DNA of 32,000 nucleotides from Puniceicoccales bacterium (GTDB lineage Bacteria; Verrucomicrobiota; Verrucomicrobiia; Opitutales; JAIRLG01): NCBI GenBank assembly GCA_031288595.1, contig JAITRB010000013.1, positions 1 to 32,000 of the forward strand, read 5' to 3'. Shown piece by piece: positions 25,469 to 32,000 of this stretch (position 1 is its first letter; each line of letters starts with the position of its first letter). The notes under the pieces were generated by a model. It saw only the letters and a program-made list of their open reading frames with translations, ran no database searches and was not told where the DNA came from. The position numbers and the translations under genes were made by a program.

Positions 25469-27199
25469 ATGCTGCCCTTTCCAAGCGTCGACGACCGAGC
25501 ACCCCTGTGGCGCCTGCTGATCTGCCTCGGGCTTGGCATCGTTCTATCGGAATGGCTCCCGCGAGGCTCTCCATGGCCTGCACTGGGAATATTTTTCCTC
25601 CTATACCGATCTCTTTCCCTCCGCCGTCAGCTCTGGGATGGTAAAGATATGCCCTCTGGAGATAAGGGCTGGGAAAGGGCGCTGATCAGCCCGAGTTTCT
25701 GTGTCTTGGCCTTCGCCCTCTACGCCCAGTGGCGCAGTCCTCCGGCGCTCGAAGCCGAAGGTTTCAGGGACGGATGGTATACCCTCGATCTCCGCCTGCA
25801 GCGGACCTATGCCCGCACAAGTGCCCGGGCGCACCAGATCTACGGCCAAGGAATCCTCGTCGACGGCCCCGCTCTGGCCACGAGCTTCAGGGGACAACGC
25901 GTCCACTTCACGCTCGACGAGAAATCTCCGCAGAGGCACTACCGTGGTCAGACCCTGCGCATCTGCGCCCATCTCCAGCTCCTGAAGGGGAGTTACGCGC
26001 CCCATTCCTTCGAATCCTATCTGCAACGGGTGCGCATTCCGCTCCACATCGGTCGCGGGAATATTCGATCCGTCGTCCGCGAGGGCCCAGCCTTCTTTCG
26101 CCACTGCCGACAGCTCCAGGAACGTGCCCGGGAGCAAGTCCTGTGCTCCCATGGGGATACCCATCTCCTGCGAGGTATGCTCCTCAACTGCCGGGGCGAC
26201 CTGCCGCGCTCCCAGAAGCAGCTCTTCGTCCGCACCGGTGTCGCGCACCTCCTGGCCATCAGCGGGCTGCACGTCGACATCATCGGATGGACATTGGGAA
26301 TCTTCCTCAAATTCCTGCGACTTTCCAGGCGACAGCGACGACTGCCCTGTATCCTCCTTCTCGGCCTCTACACTTGGGTCATCGGCGCTCCGCCATCGGC
26401 CGTACGGGCCTTTCTCATGCTGAGCTATCTCTGGTCGGCCTGTTTCTTCTCCCGGAAGGCCTCGATGCTCTCCGCCATCAGCTTCGCCGGCATCCTCTCG
26501 CTGCTTGCCTATCCTCAGCAACTCTGGGATTGGGGGATGCAATTCTCCTACAGCGCCGTGCTCTGCATCACCCTTTTGGGAGGCCCTCTGGTGAATCACC
26601 TCTCGCGTCGGCTACGATCCAAGGCTCCCAAGTCCACCTCCTGGAGCCATTGCCTGCGCTCTTTTTTCTCCTACGGCCTGAACTCCTTCTGCATCTCGGT
26701 ACCGATCGCCCTGTTGACCCTACCGCTCAGCATCGAGTATTTCGGCTCCTTCAGCCTCGGCGGTATCCTCATCAATCTCATCGCCATTCCGCTCGCCCTG
26801 GGCCTCATCGTCAGTGGATTCTGTACCCTGGTCATCGGGTACTTTTTCGGCAATTTCGGTCACTGGATCCTGACACAGCTCCTGCTCCCCTACATCCGGG
26901 TTTTCGAAGGGATTCTCCGATTTTGCGATGAGCATCTGGCCTGTTTCTGGACCTGTTCGCATGTCATCCCGGGCATCGGCCCAACGACCCTTCTGGGCGT
27001 CATGGCCCTGAGTCTGATCGGCCATCACCACTACCGAAAACATTTCTGCCGGACACGGGCTTATCAGATTGCCATGGAACAGAAAGCTCTAGCGTCTTGC
27101 CCCCATGGAGGAAAGGGAGGTATCCAGCACCCACATAGCCGACCAGCTCGTCCTCCACGCCCAAAAGACACCTCAGCGCCCGGCACTGCTCCTTCCTAA
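25469..27199 (+). CDS. comEC: ComEC/Rec2 family DNA internalisation channel protein (no C-terminal metallo-beta-lactamase domain)
   Basis: Polytopic membrane protein with the competence-domain signature FVRTGVAHLLAISGLHVDIIG and an N-terminal DUF4131/OB-like region. No HxHxDH motif is present. The 3' end overlaps the next CDS by 95 nt. Confidence 0.8.
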   Translation: MLPFPSVDDRAPLWRLLICLGLGIVLSEWLPRGSPWPALGIFFLLYRSLSLRRQLWDGKDMPSGDKGWERALISPSFCVLAFALYAQWRSPPALEAEGFRDGWYTLDLRLQRTYARTSARAHQIYGQGILVDGPALATSFRGQRVHFTLDEKSPQRHYRGQTLRICAHLQLLKGSYAPHSFESYLQRVRIPLHIGRGNIRSVVREGPAFFRHCRQLQERAREQVLCSHGDTHLLRGMLLNCRGDLPRSQKQLFVRTGVAHLLAISGLHVDIIGWTLGIFLKFLRLSRRQRRLPCILLLGLYTWVIGAPPSAVRAFLMLSYLWSACFFSRKASMLSAISFAGILSLLAYPQQLWDWGMQFSYSAVLCITLLGGPLVNHLSRRLRSKAPKSTSWSHCLRSFFSYGLNSFCISVPIALLTLPLSIEYFGSFSLGGILINLIAIPLALGLIVSGFCTLVIGYFFGNFGHWILTQLLLPYIRVFEGILRFCDEHLACFWTCSHVIPGIGPTTLLGVMALSLIGHHHYRKHFCRTRAYQIAMEQKALASCPHGGKGGIQHPHSRPARPPRPKDTSAPGTAPS

Positions 27200-28763
27200 G
27201 CGTCGCTGGCTAGGCCTTAGGCGAGCGCACTGGGATTCCAAAACATTTCGCGATCTGCACGAGGAGATCGAGGGCCTGATGCGCCTGTTGCGGGAAAACT
27301 TCCACCTCTCGAAGCGGCATCGTGTCCTGCTGGCTGTACGGCCTGGGCATGAACTCATCACCTGCACCTTCGCTCTCCTGCGCCTGGGAGCAATTCCCAT
27401 CATCATCGATGCCGGCATGGGCCTGCGGTGCTTTTTGTCCTGCGCGCGGAAGGCCCATCCTGACTTCATCCTGGGAGCGAGAAGGCTGCGCTGGACCTCC
27501 ATCTTCCTCTACTCCTTCGAACCCAGGCCGCGTGCGATCTGGCTCACCCGGGCTTTCTACCGCTCCTGGAGACGCTGCACCGCCTCCGCCGAATCACCCT
27601 TCCGCCGATCTCCCAGTGTTTCCGTACATCCCGATGACTTGGCGGCTATCCTCTTCACCTCCGGATCGACGGGGACAGCCAAGGGCGTCCACTACAGCCA
27701 TCGGCATTTCTCCGCCCAATTGGCGGCTTTACTGGGCAACTATCCCCTGGCCGAACATGACGTCGATCTTCCTCTCCTGCCCCTCTTCTCGCTCTTCAAT
27801 CCCATCATCGGGCGCACGAGCGTTCTTCCCGAGATGGATGCGACGAAGCCCTCGCGGCTGCGGGCCCAAAAGATCATCGAGGCCATTCGGCAACATCGCG
27901 TCACGAGCAGTTTCGGCGCACCGGTGCTGTGGAGAAAAATCGCCCTCCACGGCTACCGCCACGGCATTCAGCTTCCGGAGATTCGCTTCCTCTTCCTGGC
28001 CGGTGTTTCCTGTGATGTCCCGACGCTGGAGCTGCTGCGGCGCATCGTTCCCCATGCCGAGATCCACACCCCCTACGGTGCGACGGAAGCTCTGCCCATC
28101 ACCGATATCCGCGGGGACGAGATCCTCTCCCGCTGGAAGGTCTTTCAGGAAAATGGCGCCGGTACCTGCGTCGGGCAGCCCATCACCGGTGCTCAGGTTC
28201 GGATCATTCGGGTTACGGAGGAAGCAATTTCCCAATGGGAGCCTGCCCTGGAGCTCGCGACGGGCCATGTGGGGGAGATCATCGTCGATGGGCCCATGGT
28301 GACGGAGAGCTATGACGGCGAGCCCCTAAAGACCCAACTGGCCAAGATTCATGACGGCGACAGCGTCTGGCACCGCATGGGTGACTTGGGCTTTCTGGAT
28401 CAGCAAGGCCGGCTCTGGTTCTGCGGGCGCCTGGCGGAGCGCGTCCTCGTCGGCGACGAGATCTTCTATCCCGACTGCACGGAGCCCCTTTTCCTCAAGC
28501 ACCCACTTGTCGCCCGTTGTGCCCTCATCGGCCTTAGGAGAAAGGGCCTCACGTTCCCCGCCATCGTCGTCCAGCCGAAATTCGGGCATTATCCGCTCTG
28601 GACGTATCAGAAGAAGCGTTTCATCGGGGAGCTTTGGGAAATCGCGCAGCGCTACGAGAAAACCCGCTGTATCCGGCACTTCTTCTTCCGAAAAAAACTG
28701 CCGGTGGATGTGCGGCACAATGCCAAAATCCATCGCCTGGCCCTGGCCAAACAGTTCTCCTAA
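27105..28763 (+). CDS. AMP-dependent synthetase/ligase (acyl-CoA synthetase-like adenylate-forming enzyme)
   Basis: Core motif ILFTSGSTGTAKGV (A3/P-loop), the downstream YGATEA motif and the GDLG...GRLWFCGR motif are typical of ANL superfamily enzymes. Confidence 0.85.
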   Translation: MEEREVSSTHIADQLVLHAQKTPQRPALLLPKRRWLGLRRAHWDSKTFRDLHEEIEGLMRLLRENFHLSKRHRVLLAVRPGHELITCTFALLRLGAIPIIIDAGMGLRCFLSCARKAHPDFILGARRLRWTSIFLYSFEPRPRAIWLTRAFYRSWRRCTASAESPFRRSPSVSVHPDDLAAILFTSGSTGTAKGVHYSHRHFSAQLAALLGNYPLAEHDVDLPLLPLFSLFNPIIGRTSVLPEMDATKPSRLRAQKIIEAIRQHRVTSSFGAPVLWRKIALHGYRHGIQLPEIRFLFLAGVSCDVPTLELLRRIVPHAEIHTPYGATEALPITDIRGDEILSRWKVFQENGAGTCVGQPITGAQVRIIRVTEEAISQWEPALELATGHVGEIIVDGPMVTESYDGEPLKTQLAKIHDGDSVWHRMGDLGFLDQQGRLWFCGRLAERVLVGDEIFYPDCTEPLFLKHPLVARCALIGLRRKGLTFPAIVVQPKFGHYPLWTYQKKRFIGELWEIAQRYEKTRCIRHFFFRKKLPVDVRHNAKIHRLALAKQFS

Positions 28764-28772
28764 ACCGAGCGC

Positions 28773-29948
28773 TCACTGGATTCTCAATATCTCGGATACT
28801 GTTGTTTCCCCGTTCTGGACGTGGTGGATGCCTTCTCGCTGCAGGGGCACATAGCCCTCCTGTATGGCCCAATGCTGGATCTGCGTTCGGGAGGAATGGG
28901 TGCGGATCGCCTCACGGATCGCGAGCGACACCGGCATCCATTCGTAGAGCGCGAAGCGGCCGGCGTAACCCGTATGAGAACAGGCCTCGCAGCCGCTGCC
29001 CCGATAAAGTGCCTGGCCCTTGAGCTCGGGAAAAAAACGCAGCTCTTCCGCCGTCGCTTCGCAGGTCTCTTTGCACTGCTCGCAGATGCGCCGCACCAGG
29101 CGCTGGGCCAGAATGCCCCTGATCGTATCAGCGATCAGATAGGGCTCGATCCCCATGTCCACCAGGCGCATCACCGTACTCGGCGCATCGTTGGTGTGCA
29201 GGGTACCCAGCACCAGATGGCCGGTCAGGGCCGCCTGAATCGCCACCCTTGCCGTTTCCGTATCGCGCAGCTCTCCGACGAGAATCTTGTCCGGATCGTG
29301 GCGCAGAAAGGCCCGCAGCGCACGGTCGAAGGTCAGACCCACCTCGTCGCGGACATTGACCTGGATCATCCCTTCCATCTCGTACTCGACGGGATCCTCG
29401 ACGGTCAGGATTTTGATCCCCTCCTGACTGATATACCGGAGAGCGCTGTACAGCGTCGTCGTCTTACCACTGCCGGTAGGCCCCGTGGTCAGTAAAATGC
29501 CGGAACCTCCGTTCAGCGATTCCTTGACCGCGGCCAAAATGGGAACCGGCATGCCGACCTTGTCGATGTCGAAGTGCCAGGCACCCTGGTCCAGCACGCG
29601 CAGGACGACGCTCTCCCCGTACTGGGTCGGCAATGTCGATATGCGGAAATCCACCGGGCGCCTGGCGTATTCGCGCTCGATGTGCCCATCCTGCGGCAGG
29701 CGCTTTTCCGCCGAATCCAAATTGGCCAGGGTCTTCACCCTCGAGATAATCGCATCGCCCAATCCCCGTTCCGGTGATGGATATTCCCGCAACACACCGT
29801 CGACGCGCAGCCGCACCAGCATGTTCCGCTCAAAAGTCTCGAAATGCACGTCCGAGGCGTGGATTTCCACCGCGCGCTTCAGGATATTGTCGACAAAACG
29901 CACGATGGGAGATACTTCCTCCTCCCCATCCAGCAGGCGTAAATCCAC
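28773..29948 (-). CDS. GspE/PilB-family secretion ATPase, short form lacking the N1 domain
   Basis: Walker A GPTGSGKTTTLY, Asp box, Walker B ILVGELRD, His box GHLVLGTLHTND, and the tetracysteine motif CEQC...CEAC. GTG start at 29946-29948, with an in-frame stop only 14 codons upstream (29991-29993). No gspF/pilC-like partner gene is in the window. Confidence 0.85.
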   Translation of the reverse strand: MDLRLLDGEEEVSPIVRFVDNILKRAVEIHASDVHFETFERNMLVRLRVDGVLREYPSPERGLGDAIISRVKTLANLDSAEKRLPQDGHIEREYARRPVDFRISTLPTQYGESVVLRVLDQGAWHFDIDKVGMPVPILAAVKESLNGGSGILLTTGPTGSGKTTTLYSALRYISQEGIKILTVEDPVEYEMEGMIQVNVRDEVGLTFDRALRAFLRHDPDKILVGELRDTETARVAIQAALTGHLVLGTLHTNDAPSTVMRLVDMGIEPYLIADTIRGILAQRLVRRICEQCKETCEATAEELRFFPELKGQALYRGSGCEACSHTGYAGRFALYEWMPVSLAIREAIRTHSSRTQIQHWAIQEGYVPLQREGIHHVQNGETTVSEILRIQ

Positions 29949-30551
29949 GTACCTATTATGGATGACCTGCGCCCAGAGGCAATTTTTTAATCACTGTCCT
30001 GTCGAATCGATGTAAAATCCTGTACACACTCGGCGTTTCTTTTCATCAGCTCCAGGTCTGGACGTAAGAAAGCAAGCGGAGCCCCAGCGAGTTCGAAGGA
30101 TCTTGAAAGCCCGCAATAACAGCGGGGAAGATGCATTCACTTTGATTGTCCCCACTGATTCGTGCGTGGAATCGTTCCTCCTGACGGACAAGAATTAGCT
30201 TCCGAGGTAACGGAGGCCGCCTCTCAAAGTTCTGAAGGAAAGACACCGCTGGACATTACCGGACATTCCGTCAGAAAAAATAGTTGGCATTCGACTCAAG
30301 CTGGCATAAGTCGGAGGGATTAGCCCCTAAATGTAGGGCATCAAAAAGGGTGAGGGATAAGGGATGCAGGCACCAGAATGGGACTACGGAAGCAGACGAG
30401 GAATCGGACTAGAGCCAGGGCTAAAGCTAGAATTAGAGGGGATTTTGCTCAGGTATTCGATCCATGGCCACCTATAACGCTAGGGCAGCGGTCCCTGAGG
30501 CTAAATTCCTTCCAGTCATTCATTCTTTCCTCTCATTTCCAATTCGTTTTC

Positions 30552-30647
30552 GGGGCTGGCTTTGTCCGAAGGGCAAGGACAGCTGTCCTTGCCCTTCGGA
30601 CGGCCCGCATCGCGGGCCCGATTTCTTTGAAATCGAAAGCCAGCCCC
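30552..30647. repeat. Four-helix intergenic structured element, copy B (between divergent GspE-like gene and rseP)
   Basis: Outer stem GGGGCTGGCTTT (30552-30563) / AAAGCCAGCCCC (30636-30647). H1 is a 38-nt perfect palindrome GTCCGAAGGGCAAGGACAGCTGTCCTTGCCCTTCGGAC (30564-30601). H2 GGCCCGC-ATC-GCGGGCC (30602-30618). H3 CGATTTC-TTT-GAAATCG (30619-30635). No linker nucleotides. Confidence 0.8.
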
Positions 30648-30743
30648 AAATAACCCTTTCCCCCTCTCACGAAGATCGCCATTTACAAGAACACACTGGA
30701 CAGACGCTGGGCATCCCTATACTCCACGAGAGCCGCGCAGCCT

Positions 30744-32000
30744 ATGGTTTCCGTCCTGCTCAGCATCCTCCTCTTCGAGGCATCTATTTTCATCCACGAA
30801 CTGGGCCATTACCTAGCGGCCAGGCGGCAGGGGCTATTCATCCCGAGATTCTCCATCGGCTTCGGGCCCAAGCTCTTCTCTTGGAAATTTCGGGGAACGG
30901 AATTCTGCCTTTCGCTCCTGCCGCTGGGAGGCTATGTCGCCCTGCCCCAACTCGCTGAACTCGAGGCCCTTGAAGGCAGCTATGGCATCCCCGATACCTG
31001 CAAACAGCAGCTGAGTGCCTGGGATAGGTGTTTTGTGGCACTGATGGGGCCGCTGTTCAACCTCCTTTTGGCGTTATTCGTGGCTTCGGTGTTATGGATC
31101 CACGGCACACCAGGCCTCCCCGAAGATTCTTCACGGGCTATTGGCTACATTCTCCCCCATCTTCCGACTCCTCTCGGCGACATCCCCAACCCCAATCTAG
31201 GGACAGGACTGCAATTGGGCGATGTCATTCTGTCCGTCGATGGGCAAGCGGTCTCCTGCTTCGAAGCCATCCAACAGGCCATCGGGATTGGTTCCGGGCA
31301 CGATGATCAGGGACAGGCGACGGTGGACTTGGAAGTGCGACGTGGCGACGCGATTCTCCCGCTCACGCTCCATCCCGTCAAAATCTGCCCATTCGCTAGC
31401 CGCTCGGACAGTCTCCGCAGTCTCGGAATCGCCCCGACCTCTTCCCTGAAGATCACGGCCATCGTGCCGGACTCCCCTGCTGCCAAGGCCGGATTACAGA
31501 GAGGAGATCAGCTTCTGGCCGTCGATGGGCAGACGCTCTACTCACTCCAACACCTGCAGGACTACATTCAGGGAGTGCCTTCGGACATTCAGCTCTCCGT
31601 GAGGCGACGAGGGGAAGAGATTTCCCTCCCCGCCGCGCTGACCGATGTTCCCATCAGCAAGGCCTACTGGAAGCTCGAAGATTCCCGGGGCGAAGAAATC
31701 TTCTGCCTCATCCCGCGTGACTCATTTTCCTCGCTGAATTCAAAGGGAATCGAGGGCCGTTTCGAAATCGGGTTTTCGGCGGAGCAGCATTCTCCCTCTC
31801 CCCTGGCCGCCGGTGATGGACTCATCCTACCGGCGAATTTGGCCGTTTTTTCCGACTTGGGCGAATGGCTATCCCGCGACAGGCCCTCTTCGCTCCGCTT
31901 TCAGAAATCCGATGGCAGTGTTTATGAATACCCGCTGGGGAATTATAGATTCCAGAGTATAGCGGCGACGACGATTCGCCGGCTGGGCATCGAATGCGCG
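30744..32000 (+). CDS. rseP: RIP site-2 metalloprotease RseP (M50 family), 3'-partial (continues beyond the window)
   Basis: Not in the ORF track because there is no stop in the window. Open frame from ATG 30744 to 32000 (419 codons). N-terminus MVSVLLSILLFEASIFIHELGHYLAARRQG (HExxH in TM1), then LLPLGGYVALPQ. Two PDZ-like segments (GLQLGDVILSVDGQAV, AGLQRGDQLLAVDGQTL). Confidence 0.85.
   Translation, partial: MVSVLLSILLFEASIFIHELGHYLAARRQGLFIPRFSIGFGPKLFSWKFRGTEFCLSLLPLGGYVALPQLAELEALEGSYGIPDTCKQQLSAWDRCFVALMGPLFNLLLALFVASVLWIHGTPGLPEDSSRAIGYILPHLPTPLGDIPNPNLGTGLQLGDVILSVDGQAVSCFEAIQQAIGIGSGHDDQGQATVDLEVRRGDAILPLTLHPVKICPFASRSDSLRSLGIAPTSSLKITAIVPDSPAAKAGLQRGDQLLAVDGQTLYSLQHLQDYIQGVPSDIQLSVRRRGEEISLPAALTDVPISKAYWKLEDSRGEEIFCLIPRDSFSSLNSKGIEGRFEIGFSAEQHSPSPLAAGDGLILPANLAVFSDLGEWLSRDRPSSLRFQKSDGSVYEYPLGNYRFQSIAATTIRRLGIECA

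Noticed and set aside
25601..26931. 332-aa minus-strand and 400-aa plus-strand ORFs inside comEC. Also 27322-28302 (326 aa) inside the ligase gene and 24251-25249 (332 aa) antisense to lepA and running through tRNA-Leu.
   Set aside because: These are alternate-frame shadows of confidently assigned genes. The 24251-25249 ORF would have to read through a tRNA gene. The compositions are Pro/Arg-rich.
30385..30410. A GGAAGCAG string resembling the SRP (4.5S) RNA domain IV motif.
   Set aside because: No complementary 3' strand, no GNRA-closed helix and no symmetric-loop partner could be found around it. It is most likely a chance match.
30378..30653. 91-aa ORF (MGLRKQTRNRTRARAKARIRG...) and the 30464-30958 ORF upstream of or overlapping rseP.
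   Set aside because: The first runs straight through palindromic element B and is Arg-rich low complexity. The second is out of frame with the strongly supported rseP N-terminus.
30697..30723. Sigma70-like promoter for rseP (TGGACA, 15 nt, TATACT).
   Set aside because: The spacer is short and there is no SD sequence before the ATG at 30744. The evidence is too weak to list as a feature.

Overview
GC-rich bacterial chromosome segment. Hand counts of sample lines give roughly mid-50s to 60% GC, and the first ~1.65 kb is clearly AT-richer. The centre (10.9-22.3 kb) is a non-flagellar type III secretion (injectisome) locus. It has a tightly packed minus-strand operon, sctD-E-F-G-I-J-K-L-N-O-P, and a divergent plus-strand unit: a fused YopN/TyeA-type gatekeeper sctW, a class-I chaperone and a small ORF. 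The locus is incomplete in this window: no sctC, sctQRSTU or sctV. A three-gene RND efflux operon (OMF-MFP-RND) follows sctP directly on the same strand. Other content: tmRNA (ssrA), tRNA-Leu(CAA), lepA translationally coupled to a DEDD exonuclease, comEC, an AMP-dependent ligase, a short orphan GspE/PilB-like ATPase, the 5' part of rseP (runs off the window, absent from the ORF track), a secreted His/Gly/Pro-rich protein with three 150-nt tandem repeats, and an AT-rich two-gene cassette for secreted proteins, one with an HExxH motif. The most unusual signal is a family of ~100-nt intergenic elements (three clear copies plus one possible relic). Each folds into a perfectly nested four-helix junction, with compensatory changes between copies. 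No database search was possible, so family calls rest on motifs I recognise in the translations and on synteny. The gene order (sctD-E-F-G adjacency, fused CopN-like gatekeeper, dispersed T3SS loci) resembles Chlamydiae/PVC bacteria, but the GC content argues against classical Chlamydiaceae. That taxonomic reading is inference only.
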